From the NCBI GenBank assembly GCA_963663385.2, contig CAXXXD010000001.1, positions 288,001 through 352,000 on the forward strand: a stretch of DNA of 64,000 nt, written 5' to 3'. Position 1 is the stretch's first letter. Each line of letters starts with the position of its first letter. This stretch comes from Oceanispirochaeta sp. GTDB lineage: Bacteria; Spirochaetota; Spirochaetia; DSM-2461. The notes beneath the pieces are model-generated. The model was not told the DNA's origin. It did no database searches and saw only the letters and a list, made by a program, of their open reading frames with translations. Shown here one piece after another: positions 10,720 through 19,572 of the stretch. The translations under genes and the position numbers were made by a program.

Positions 10720-12830
10720 TTCCGGTCAAAATCCTTAACCCGGGGCAGATCAAAAGAAACAGTTGTCCCTTCTCCCACCACACTGACAATATCAATATTC
10801 CCCTGGTACTTCATGATTATTCCATAAACAACGGACAATCCCAGACCGGTTCCTTCGCGGTTGGATTTGGTTGTAAAAAAGGGATCAAATACCCTCTTCA
10901 AATGACTGCTTTCTATTCCGGTTCCCCGGTCCCTGACCTGAAAGGATACCATGGAACGTTTATCTTCCTTCTGAATTTTCAGTATTATTTTTTCATTCCC
11001 CGGAGAAGCATGAATAGCATTCTGAAGCAGATTGATATACAGCTGCATCAGCTCCCCCTTGGGAATTCCAACCCGGGGAATATCCTTATCACACAGGATT
11101 TCCAGTTCGGCCCCCCTCTCCCCGTCATTTTTCCGGGCGTGGCGGATCAGACGCCTGACCTCGTTAGCCACATCCAGGGGGTTCACGGCGGGGATCTGAT
11201 TCTGTTCCGGTGAGGTGAGATCGAGAAGATCCCTGATTATACGAGCGATCCTGTGGGATTCATCTTCCACGAGCTTCAGAATTTCCAGTTTCTCTTCGTC
11301 ATCCTCGGAATAGATCAGATTCTGTGTATTGGAAAGGATGGAGGAAAGGGGATTGTTGATTTCATGGGCAATCCCGGCGGAAAGCATGCTGATGGAAGAG
11401 AGCTTTTCCGCCTGAAAGATTTTTTCCTCATAGGCGTTTTTTTCAGAAATATCCTCCAGGAGAAGAACGGCCAGGCCCTTATCCGGACCACCCTGTTCCT
11501 CCCTGTGAAGCGGATAGGCCTTCAACTCGAAAACTTTATCTTCATCCCCCCTGATGCGCTGGGAGAAATACTCCTGTTCCCCATGGATAATTCTTTCAAT
11601 ATCAGGCAGAACATTTTCATCAAAAGGAAAAGCATGAAGGCAGGGCAGATCCGGAAATATGGTTCTGAAGCTTAAATTGGCTTTTTCGATTTCCAGATTG
11701 TCATTAATAACAGCAATGCCGTCCCTTATGGAGTTGATGACCCTTTCATTGTATTCATTTAAAAAAGTTATTTCATTCAGGGAACTCTCCAGTTCGACCT
11801 GATCCTGATGAAGCTGAGACGCCATATCATTGAATCCGCGGACAAGTATGCCAATTTCATCCCGCGGTCTGTAGTTCAGTCGGATCGTAAAGGTACCGCT
11901 CCGTATGTGCTCCATTGCCCCGGCCAGACTGCTGACGGGCCGAGAGATCCCTCTGGAAATAATCATACTCAGGATCACCGTTATCAGCATAGTCAGAAGC
12001 GAGACGGTTATAATTGTTTTTTCAATATTATAAATTCGCTCAATAAAGGGATCATTGGAAAGGATCGTAGAAAGGAAGATGATCTGTTCCTGTTCTGTGC
12101 TTCCGAAAACTCCGCATTTTGCCGTGGCGATATTATAGCTGCCGTCACGGAAGGAGAGGGCGAACATCTCGCTGTAAGCACTTTCCGGCTGAACAACGCC
12201 CGTATGGAAAAGGATACCGGGAGAGGGAAAATTTCCGGTTAGAAAGGTGTCCGCCGTATGAAAAAGGAGCTTCCCTTCCGAATCGAAGGCGATATTCCTT
12301 AGAAAGCTCTCATTAATATGTTTTATCAGGAAAATATCCGCCGAAACGCTTTTTCCGGGCAGAGAAACGGTCCCGACCATATACAGCTGATCCTCTGTCC
12401 GGTACAAACGGATATAGGGGTGTTCATACAGAACCGTCAGGGATTCCGCTTCCGGCATAATAAAATCTTCGGAGGTACTGATGGCCTCAATGCTGAACTC
12501 CGTTTGTCCCGTATTGACCAGAACCCCATCCACACTGGAGGATATCAGAAGGGCCTTCAAGTCTTCCGTCAGATCCTCATTTGCCACTCCCCCATCGTAA
12601 CCGTCAGCGGAAAATTCGGAGAACGTCTTTATACGGATTAACTGCTTCCAGAGGTGGCGCTTCCAGGAGGAAAAATTACTGCTGATAAAATCCGCTTCGT
12701 ACCGCAGCTGCTCCCTGGCATCCTCCCTGTTGCTGATCCGGATGAGGTTACTGATAAAGAGTCCGGTAAAGAAGGCCTGAAAAACAATGAGGCAGGAAAT
12801 TATCAGGACGAGTTTCGGGAAAAGCTTCAT
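10716..12830 (-). CDS. Membrane sensor histidine kinase (periplasmic-HAMP-PAS-HisKA-HATPase)
   Basis: Two TM helices, HAMP (DEIGILVRGFNDM), AHEINNPL, NLLQNAIHA, DRGTGI, FDPFFTTK and GTGLGL. Confidence 0.94.
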   Translation of the reverse strand: MKLFPKLVLIISCLIVFQAFFTGLFISNLIRISNREDAREQLRYEADFISSNFSSWKRHLWKQLIRIKTFSEFSADGYDGGVANEDLTEDLKALLISSSVDGVLVNTGQTEFSIEAISTSEDFIMPEAESLTVLYEHPYIRLYRTEDQLYMVGTVSLPGKSVSADIFLIKHINESFLRNIAFDSEGKLLFHTADTFLTGNFPSPGILFHTGVVQPESAYSEMFALSFRDGSYNIATAKCGVFGSTEQEQIIFLSTILSNDPFIERIYNIEKTIITVSLLTMLITVILSMIISRGISRPVSSLAGAMEHIRSGTFTIRLNYRPRDEIGILVRGFNDMASQLHQDQVELESSLNEITFLNEYNERVINSIRDGIAVINDNLEIEKANLSFRTIFPDLPCLHAFPFDENVLPDIERIIHGEQEYFSQRIRGDEDKVFELKAYPLHREEQGGPDKGLAVLLLEDISEKNAYEEKIFQAEKLSSISMLSAGIAHEINNPLSSILSNTQNLIYSEDDEEKLEILKLVEDESHRIARIIRDLLDLTSPEQNQIPAVNPLDVANEVRRLIRHARKNDGERGAELEILCDKDIPRVGIPKGELMQLYINLLQNAIHASPGNEKIILKIQKEDKRSMVSFQVRDRGTGIESSHLKRVFDPFFTTKSNREGTGLGLSVVYGIIMKYQGNIDIVSVVGEGTTVSFDLPRVKDFDRK

Positions 12831-13813
12831 TGCGTATAGAAATACTCCCTCATGGCAGGATCATTCAGATTCGAGGGGGTAAAGAGAACCGAACCGGAAG
12901 TGATATTTTTAGGGATCTCCTTCCCCTCCCTAAAATGGCGGGAAGCCCATTCAATGGCAAGTGAGCCTATTTCTCCCGGTTTCTGGGCCAGAATAACGTC
13001 AACCTCACCGTTCCTCAAACCTTTTATAAGAGATTCTGTTGCATCCCAGGCAGCCACACGGACGGCACCGGAGAGCCCTGTATTGGAGACGGCTTCCGAG
13101 ACCCCCTGACTGCTGAAAACATTGGTACCGAAAATACCGACCAGATCGGGGTAATCCTGCAATGCCTGAAGGGTCTGGGCCGCAGCAACAGATTGCAGGT
13201 CACCGTTATAATCTATCCTTACGACCTCCATATCCGGAAAGCGGGAGATCCCTTCAACAAAACCATCCTTCCTTTCTTCTGTTGTGGAGGTTTCCGGGGT
13301 TGTGGTGTTTATATAGACTCTTCCCTTTTCACGAACCTGTTCCGCCATAAACTCCGCCAAACGGATTCCTTCCGCATAATTGTCCGTTCCGATATGGGTC
13401 AGAGGGAATGTCCACTCCTCCGATCCGGCATAATTGCCGTTTCCGATTTTCGTATCCACCGTTATAATCCGGATTCCCCTGTCATGGAGTTCCCGCAGGG
13501 GGGCAATAAGAGCATCCTTTGCCGTGGGAGCAATCATGACAAGATCATAGGAACAGCCCTTAACGGCATCCATCAGAATCAGAGTCTGTTCTTCCGGATC
13601 CCACGCAGAAGGATAGGGACTGACCGATAGGAGGACACCCAGATCCTCCGCTTTCTCCCGGGCCCCCTGTTCCAGGGAGTAGTAAAAAGGATCGGCGACG
13701 CCCGGGACATAGAGGACACGAACCTCCCGAAGGGATCGTTCATCCTTCAGGCCCGAAGCAAAAAGAGGATTAAATACAATCTGAAGTAAAAATATGAGCA
13801 GGAAACGGCGCAT
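12827..13813 (-). CDS. Sugar-type periplasmic substrate-binding protein (RbsB-like) with no transporter genes nearby
   Basis: Signal peptide MRRFLLIFLL..., then DPFYYSL, ITVDT, IGTDNY, ERKDGF and AAWDA. Stop overlaps the HK start (ATGA-like junction at 12827-12830). Confidence 0.88.
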   Translation of the reverse strand: MRRFLLIFLLQIVFNPLFASGLKDERSLREVRVLYVPGVADPFYYSLEQGAREKAEDLGVLLSVSPYPSAWDPEEQTLILMDAVKGCSYDLVMIAPTAKDALIAPLRELHDRGIRIITVDTKIGNGNYAGSEEWTFPLTHIGTDNYAEGIRLAEFMAEQVREKGRVYINTTTPETSTTEERKDGFVEGISRFPDMEVVRIDYNGDLQSVAAAQTLQALQDYPDLVGIFGTNVFSSQGVSEAVSNTGLSGAVRVAAWDATESLIKGLRNGEVDVILAQKPGEIGSLAIEWASRHFREGKEIPKNITSGSVLFTPSNLNDPAMREYFYTQ

Positions 13814-13849
13814 GTTCTGTGAGTATAACACAAGCTGACCGGGGAATCT

Positions 13850-14008
13850 TCAGTTTTGTCCGTTCTGAATCAGTTCCTGTCCCTGTTCTGTAATTTCGAA
13901 GAGATCCTCTTCCCACAGGCATGCCGCCGGGTCCAGTTGATAGAGGGGGAAATCCTCATAAGAGTAGTCATAATCTGCCAGGTGATATAAAACTGCTGTT
14001 CCTTCCAT
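13850..14008 (-). CDS. Small acidic protein of unknown function (52 aa)
   Basis: Below the ORF-track cutoff. AAGGAG RBS, then ATG 14008; MEGTAVLYHLADYDYSYEDFPLYQLDPAACLWEEDLFEITEQGQELIQNGQN, TGA at 13850-13852. A sigma54 promoter lies just upstream. Confidence 0.65.
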   Translation of the reverse strand: MEGTAVLYHLADYDYSYEDFPLYQLDPAACLWEEDLFEITEQGQELIQNGQN

Positions 14009-14032
14009 TGAATTCTCCTTTTCTATCTATAC

Positions 14033-14048
14033 AGCAAGTTGCATACCA
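14033..14048 (-). promoter_or_regulatory. Sigma54 (-24/-12) promoter
   Basis: Minus strand TGGTATGCAACTTGCT = GG-N10-GC, matching TGGCACG-N4-TTGC(A/T). Confidence 0.75.
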
Positions 14049-14165
14049 AGATCAGGAATTTGCCCTCCCCAGCAAATAAAACAGCTAATTCATTTCCCAT
14101 AAATGACTTAACAAAACATCAAAGGGGGTACAGGAAGGATATCTGCTTTTCACAAAAGCAAGATG

Positions 14166-14193
14166 GGGTAAGCCGTTACCCGGACCGGGTAAC
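14166..14193. promoter_or_regulatory. Putative enhancer (UAS) for a sigma54 activator
   Basis: Dyad GGGTAA-GCCG-TTACCC (14166-14181) overlapping dyad GTTACCCGG-A-CCGGGTAAC (14175-14193), about 120-145 bp upstream of the -24/-12 element. Confidence 0.55.
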
Positions 14194-14207
14194 AGAACGG
14201 GATGGAG

Positions 14208-14813
14208 TCAGTCGATTCGGATACCGAGGAACCCCAGAAAGGATCCAGCTTCGGGCAGGCTGAACCGGGCGGATTGGATTTTATTGGTTCTGAAATCGAT
14301 AGAGTAACCCTCTGCTTTCCGGAAGTCCGCGGACTCCAGATTGCATTGATGGAACATAACCTCTTTAAACACGGCAGATGAGAAATCGCACCTGCTTAAA
14401 TCGCAGCCGCTGAAATCACTTTCCCGGATCTGACAGGATGAAAAGAATCCCTTCCTGTAAATAAGATCACTGAAAACAAGGTTGCTGATACGGCAATTCC
14501 TGAATTCCGGGTCAAAACAGAATCGGTTGCAGTCTGAAAAGTCGATTCCCACAATCTTGCAGTCCAGGAATTCAGTCTCATTCAGAATAACATTCCTCAG
14601 TTTTGTCAGAACCAGTTCACACTCTTTGAACAGGCAGGAGCGAAAAGCCGTTTCATCCAGAATCATATCATTGAAGCGGCAACCCGAAAAACGGCAATTT
14701 TCAAAGGTATGAAAACTGATATTACAGAAACTGAAATCCATCGATCGGAACTCCAGATCTTCCAGAAATTCCGAATGTCCCAAAACTTCATCCGGATCGT
14801 TTACAAGCTTCAT
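14208..14813 (-). CDS. Pentapeptide repeat protein
   Basis: Continuous [A/C/S][D/N/R]F/Lxx pentamers (FENCRFSGCRF, FSGCDLSRCDFSSAVF, ESADFRKA). Confidence 0.9.
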   Translation of the reverse strand: MKLVNDPDEVLGHSEFLEDLEFRSMDFSFCNISFHTFENCRFSGCRFNDMILDETAFRSCLFKECELVLTKLRNVILNETEFLDCKIVGIDFSDCNRFCFDPEFRNCRISNLVFSDLIYRKGFFSSCQIRESDFSGCDLSRCDFSSAVFKEVMFHQCNLESADFRKAEGYSIDFRTNKIQSARFSLPEAGSFLGFLGIRID

Positions 14814-14886
14814 GGTATCCCCCCTGTAGGGATACTATGGCTTATAACGACCTTTTATACAAACTTTAAATAGAGAAATTCATCTG

Positions 14887-15588
14887 TCATATACAGGCAA
14901 ATATAAGAAGAAAGACAGGAGCTGTCATAACAGTCATAACGCCTGCCAGAACAATGGAAAGACCGCTCATGGCTCCCGTGACCTCTCCCAGCTCCATAGC
15001 TTTGGACGTCCCGATGGCATGGGCTGTTGTTCCAATGGCAATGCCCCTGGCGACAGGATGTTCTATTTTAAACAGCTTGAACACAGGAACATAAATGATC
15101 ACACCCATCACACCGGTAAGAACAATGCAGATAACTGTTACACTCGCCATACCGCCCAGAGTTTCTGAAAGGATCAGCCCGAGGGGAGTCGTTATGGATT
15201 TGGGAATAAGGGATTTCATCAGTGTTTTATCCACATCAAGGAGGAGACAGAGAGAGAAAACACTGACCGCTGAAGTTCCTACTCCTGAGAAAATCCCTGC
15301 CAGAATGGCAGTCTTGTGTTCCATCAGAAGAGGCAGCTGTCTGTACAGAGGGAGAGCCAGCAGGATAATTGTAAAAGGAAGAATAGCCTGTATAAACTTT
15401 CCCCCCAGCATATAATCGGAAACAGGAATATCGAACCCCAGAAGAACAGCTATTAATCCCGTCAATGCAATAAGGTAGGGATTTAAAAAAGAAATCTTTG
15501 TCTTTGCATAAATCGCTTTTGCCAGAATATAAAAGAAGAGGGTTGTTACAACCCCGAATAGAGGGTTGGATGTCAGCAGTTCAACCAT
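14887..15588 (-). CDS. LrgB/CidB family membrane protein
   Basis: LALPLY, SLIPKSITTP and ARGIAIGTTAHAIGTSKA motifs. Confidence 0.93.
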   Translation of the reverse strand: MVELLTSNPLFGVVTTLFFYILAKAIYAKTKISFLNPYLIALTGLIAVLLGFDIPVSDYMLGGKFIQAILPFTIILLALPLYRQLPLLMEHKTAILAGIFSGVGTSAVSVFSLCLLLDVDKTLMKSLIPKSITTPLGLILSETLGGMASVTVICIVLTGVMGVIIYVPVFKLFKIEHPVARGIAIGTTAHAIGTSKAMELGEVTGAMSGLSIVLAGVMTVMTAPVFLLIFACI

Positions 15589-15967
15589 TGGAATCCTCCT
15601 TCTTCACAGCCTGATCTTTTTTATGGGCGTTCTCTTTCTTCAGGACAGCCTGAACCACGACACCGCTGACACCCATAACAAGTACGTTGCTGACGGTAAG
15701 GACTGTAAGGATTTTTAGAACATTCCCGTTTACAACATCCATGGAATCCAGGATCAGGATAGCCGGAGGCAGAAAGAAGAAAGACAGGTTCCCCAGAATA
15801 AGGGCCGTTATAAACCCGTAGCGGTCGGCTCTCAGAACCTTTGTAATAAGCAGGATAAAAAACAGAACCATGCTCAGCAAACTGCCTGGAACAGGAATAA
15901 CTTTGGATAAAAGTTCTCCGGAAAGATAAATCAGACCGATTGTCAGAACTTCATAAATCAGATTCAT
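15581..15967 (-). CDS. CidA/LrgA holin-like protein
   Basis: PVPGSLLSMVLFF and NLSFFFLPP motifs; four TM segments; directly upstream of lrgB. Start placed at ATG 15967. Confidence 0.88.
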   Translation of the reverse strand: MNLIYEVLTIGLIYLSGELLSKVIPVPGSLLSMVLFFILLITKVLRADRYGFITALILGNLSFFFLPPAILILDSMDVVNGNVLKILTVLTVSNVLVMGVSGVVVQAVLKKENAHKKDQAVKKEDSNG

Positions 15968-16043
15968 ACAATCCTCAATACATTCAATTTTAAAGATATT
16001 CAATCAAACAGGATTTCCCGGAAAAAATCCAGAGTATTTATAA

Positions 16044-18833
16044 CTAAAGATCAAATGTCATAAAGAGGATCTGAACAACCGGTTCCTTTTTTTCTACAAG
16101 CCATGAGAGGCGAACCCCCAGATTCAGGGGAAAAGATTTAACATTGAATGGTATAAAATCAAAGTTCAGCTCGATCCCCGCTGATGAGTACTCATCAATA
16201 GCACTCGGAGTATCGTATAATCCTGTCCTGTCATAAAAAAGTTCTCCCCGGATTCTATTAATATAAGACCAGGACCCTATTGCCAGATCAGGATAGGCGA
16301 TGGGGAAAACATAACCTGCGGAAAACTGATAGAGGTTGTCCTCCTTTATAGCATCGTATCCCCTGCTGAAAATCACCCGGCTCTGCCTGAAACCTGTCTG
16401 GGTTTCATAACTGCCCTCAAGGAAAATCCCCGTATTCCGAAAACCTCCGGGAAGATAGAAACCAAGGGTACTGGAAAAGAGGGAAAGATCGTCCTCCTGC
16501 AGCGGGGTATGCGTATAGTGTGTTTTTAAGAAAACACCCCAGAGTGGATTCAGGCTGCGGCTGCTCCCGGGCAGTGCAGAGAGCCACCTGAAACCATAAT
16601 GCAGGGGAGAAGAGAGGTTTTCCGATTCGCCGGATTCAACAGAAAAAAAGGTTTCCACCCCGGCTCCGGCGTAGGGGGTCAGACGGTGGAACCAGAGGTC
16701 CCCGTCCAGGTTCACCGGGAGGGAGAAAAGGAGATCCGAAGAGAGATCATAACTCGGCACACCATCCACGTCCCGGTTCCAGCAGCTGTTCTGCCAGCTG
16801 ATATCGGGGAAGCGTCCAGTCCAGTTCAGATTCAGAAAGGATCCGCCCGATTTTTCATTGATATCAACAGATCCTCCCAGGCTCCAGTCAAGGGTGCTGA
16901 AAATATTTTCCGCTGTTAAATAGAAAGAGAGAACCGTTTCGTTTTCCGGATCTATCGCAAGCCCCCAGGAGTGAATCCTCCCCCAGTCGGATGCCGCTTT
17001 ATACTCTTCGATCTCCCAGTCCCGATAGTCCTCGGAGATTCCCTTCTCCGGAACAGAGAGGAAGAACGGGTTATCCGGCTGAGGATAGTAGAGAAAGGGG
17101 TTCCGATTTACGGATTCCAAGAGAATCCACCTTTCCGGATCATTCTTCTGAAGAGCCAGCTGCTCCCCCTTTACTGAAGTATATTCACTGTACAGGATGA
17201 CATTTTCCCCATTATAGCAGCCGGTCAGAGGATTCCTCATGCCGTTAAGCCGGGATGAAATCTGAAACGCCTCTCCTGTCTCAAGGTTCAGGCTCATTAC
17301 ATTTTCGTATCCGGAATAGTTGGAACAGTAGTAGAGGACCCCGTCTCTGCAGTGCAGCCTTTTTACGGTTTCAGAAGAAAAGTCTGTATAAAAAGTCAGC
17401 GTCCCCGTCTCCCTTTCCAAACCGGCGATGGCACGTCCCGCTTCGCCCTGTACCGTAAAGAATATCCGATTCCCCTTTTCGTCCCAGCAGGGATAGGCGG
17501 CAAACTGATGATCCGGTAAAGCATAACGCTCCAGAACTCCGCCTTCTCCGGCATCCAGCACCAGTACATTACAGTTCAGATCCGTTGTCCACTCCACAAC
17601 AGCCAGAGTCAGGCCATCCGGGCTGAATGCCGGCGTAAGGTAACGCTTCTTTTCTGTCAGGTATTTTTTTTCACCTCTTGCCAGATCAGCCAGCACCAGA
17701 TCCGACCAGCTCTCTCCATCGTTCAGAGCAGAGTGATTTTCATAGGTCCAGACAGCTTTATCACCGTTAACGGTAAGATCCGATGATGGGGGTACCCTCA
17801 TCAGGGAGGTTTCCCCCTCCGGTGTAATCTCGACAAGAGACGCCGTTTCATTCAATGCCCTTTTCCGGGCCAGAATCCTGTCTTCCTGAAAAAGCAGGGG
17901 TTCCCACAGGGTATAGTTTTCTTCAGGCTCTGTTATCTTTATATTGGCAATCGCTTCTACCGCTCTGTCCCGCCGGGTCCACTGATCTTTCAGGTCATCA
18001 GCCATCGCTTTGTACAGATCCGACCAGGAGTGCCCCGAAACGGATTTGCCCCCCAGGTAGAGACCGAATGCCGGAAAAGGCAGAGCGGAAGTATAATCAA
18101 GAATCTGATTCCAGCGTTCATCACCGTAGGTATTTCTTATATAGGAAGTGAGAAAGTATCCCAGCTCGTACTCATTGGGGATGAAATCCTTATAGGAACG
18201 GTTGACCATCTTGCCGAAGGAAAAGTCCTCATTCAGAACAATCTCTTTCAGATGCTGATGAAAAACGGGATCCCTTCCACGCCCGGAATTGGAATAGAGA
18301 GTTTCCGCAGACACCGCGTCCCCTTCCAGAAACCATTCCGGGATACCCCAGTAAATTCCAACGGTTAAACCGGACTGACCTCCCAGAAGATAAAAAAGAC
18401 GGTTCAGCCCCCGATTCAAGGCATCGTACTGGACCATATGCCGCGTTTCATGCAGAGACAGCATATCAAACCAGGCCATGGGCGGCAGATCCTCCGCCAC
18501 AGGAGTTCCATACCAGACGCTCTTCCGGGGCGGCATACTGACGAAACCGTTTGCTTCCATGGAAGATGTAACCAGCAGGATCGGCCAGCGGGATTGCCTG
18601 ACCGGATGATAGGCTTCCGCTTCCAGATCATAGATTGATTCTATACGGGCGGCTATACCGATGGCATAAGTGGTGATTGCTTCGGGAAAGATTATCTGAA
18701 AATGCTCTGTTTTAATCTGTCTCCATTCAGTCCCCGGAGCGTATTGAGCCATAACGGATACTGTATAGAATATCAGGAATAACCCGCCTGCCATTTTAGT
18801 TTTCACTAGGAAGTCCTCTCTGCCTTGCCACAT
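16044..18833 (-). CDS. Exported protein: zinc-metallopeptidase-like domain, TolB-like beta-propeller and probable outer-membrane beta-barrel
   Basis: Signal peptide; HETRH (HExxH) followed by PEWFLEGDA; PAFSPDG propeller repeats; aromatic amphipathic strands at the C-terminus including SRGY and SAGIELNFDF. Start codon uncertain. Confidence 0.65.
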   Translation of the reverse strand: MWQGREDFLVKTKMAGGLFLIFYTVSVMAQYAPGTEWRQIKTEHFQIIFPEAITTYAIGIAARIESIYDLEAEAYHPVRQSRWPILLVTSSMEANGFVSMPPRKSVWYGTPVAEDLPPMAWFDMLSLHETRHMVQYDALNRGLNRLFYLLGGQSGLTVGIYWGIPEWFLEGDAVSAETLYSNSGRGRDPVFHQHLKEIVLNEDFSFGKMVNRSYKDFIPNEYELGYFLTSYIRNTYGDERWNQILDYTSALPFPAFGLYLGGKSVSGHSWSDLYKAMADDLKDQWTRRDRAVEAIANIKITEPEENYTLWEPLLFQEDRILARKRALNETASLVEITPEGETSLMRVPPSSDLTVNGDKAVWTYENHSALNDGESWSDLVLADLARGEKKYLTEKKRYLTPAFSPDGLTLAVVEWTTDLNCNVLVLDAGEGGVLERYALPDHQFAAYPCWDEKGNRIFFTVQGEAGRAIAGLERETGTLTFYTDFSSETVKRLHCRDGVLYYCSNYSGYENVMSLNLETGEAFQISSRLNGMRNPLTGCYNGENVILYSEYTSVKGEQLALQKNDPERWILLESVNRNPFLYYPQPDNPFFLSVPEKGISEDYRDWEIEEYKAASDWGRIHSWGLAIDPENETVLSFYLTAENIFSTLDWSLGGSVDINEKSGGSFLNLNWTGRFPDISWQNSCWNRDVDGVPSYDLSSDLLFSLPVNLDGDLWFHRLTPYAGAGVETFFSVESGESENLSSPLHYGFRWLSALPGSSRSLNPLWGVFLKTHYTHTPLQEDDLSLFSSTLGFYLPGGFRNTGIFLEGSYETQTGFRQSRVIFSRGYDAIKEDNLYQFSAGYVFPIAYPDLAIGSWSYINRIRGELFYDRTGLYDTPSAIDEYSSAGIELNFDFIPFNVKSFPLNLGVRLSWLVEKKEPVVQILFMTFDL

Positions 18834-18999
18834 ATTATAGATGAAATTATCTCTTTGTACCTTTCCGCGCCTTATTTGAAACAGAAAAAAAATAAATCCC
18901 TTTTATTTTTTATGGTTAAAAACAGCATCTCCCTTTATCCTTATAGTCGGGATTTCCATACCAGTATCCCGTCAACTTAAACTCACCAAGGAGTGTTTA

Positions 19000-19557
19000 A
19001 TGAAAGACTATTTTAAAGTTACCACTCGTACTATCGTCGCCACAGGTTTGGGTGCGGCTCTTTTTATGCTGCTCTTTATGTATGTAAAGATTCCCTCTCC
19101 CATTCCTGAAACCAGCCTTCAGACAGCCTACGGCCTGGGCGCTTTTTTTGCCGTACTTTTCGGACCCGTTGCAGGGGCCCTGATCGCGTTTATAGGGCAT
19201 GCCCTTTCAGATGCGCTTCAATACGGCTCTCCCTGGTGGAGCTGGGTAATTGCCAGCGGCGTATGCGGATTCGCCTACGGCCTGGCCTACAAAAAAACCG
19301 GTGTGGAAGAGGGAGATTTCAGGGGAAAATCCATCCTGGTATTCAATGTTATTCAGATTATCGGCAATGTTATTGCCTGGGTTGTCATCGCTCCCGTTCT
19401 GGACATTGTCATTTATAAGGAACCGGTTAACCTTGTTTTCACTCAGGGGATTGTAGCGGCTCTTATGAATTCAGTTACTGTAGCGATTATTGGAACTCTT
19501 CTCCTTATTGCCTATAATGCCACCAGAACAAAAAAAGGCAGTCTCGATAAAGAGTAA
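19000..19557 (+). CDS. ECF transporter S component (UPF0397/MtsT-like)
   Basis: TRTIVATGLGAALF, FGPVAGALIAFIGHALSD and WWSWVIASG; six TM segments; AAGGAG RBS. Confidence 0.9.
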   Translation: MKDYFKVTTRTIVATGLGAALFMLLFMYVKIPSPIPETSLQTAYGLGAFFAVLFGPVAGALIAFIGHALSDALQYGSPWWSWVIASGVCGFAYGLAYKKTGVEEGDFRGKSILVFNVIQIIGNVIAWVVIAPVLDIVIYKEPVNLVFTQGIVAALMNSVTVAIIGTLLLIAYNATRTKKGSLDKE

Positions 19558-19572
19558 GCAGAAGGAGCAGAA

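Noticed and set aside
14208..14813. Pentapeptide protein as a Qnr quinolone-resistance gene
   Set aside because: Generic pentapeptide repeats only, with no Qnr-specific features identifiable.
14887..15967. Holin-like genes as a prophage remnant
   Set aside because: CidA/LrgB pairs are common chromosomal genes and no phage genes are nearby.
18834..18999. Possible riboswitch upstream of the ECF operon (CGGGAT...ATCCCG hairpin)
   Set aside because: It lacks SAM-I, purine, FMN and TPP consensus blocks.
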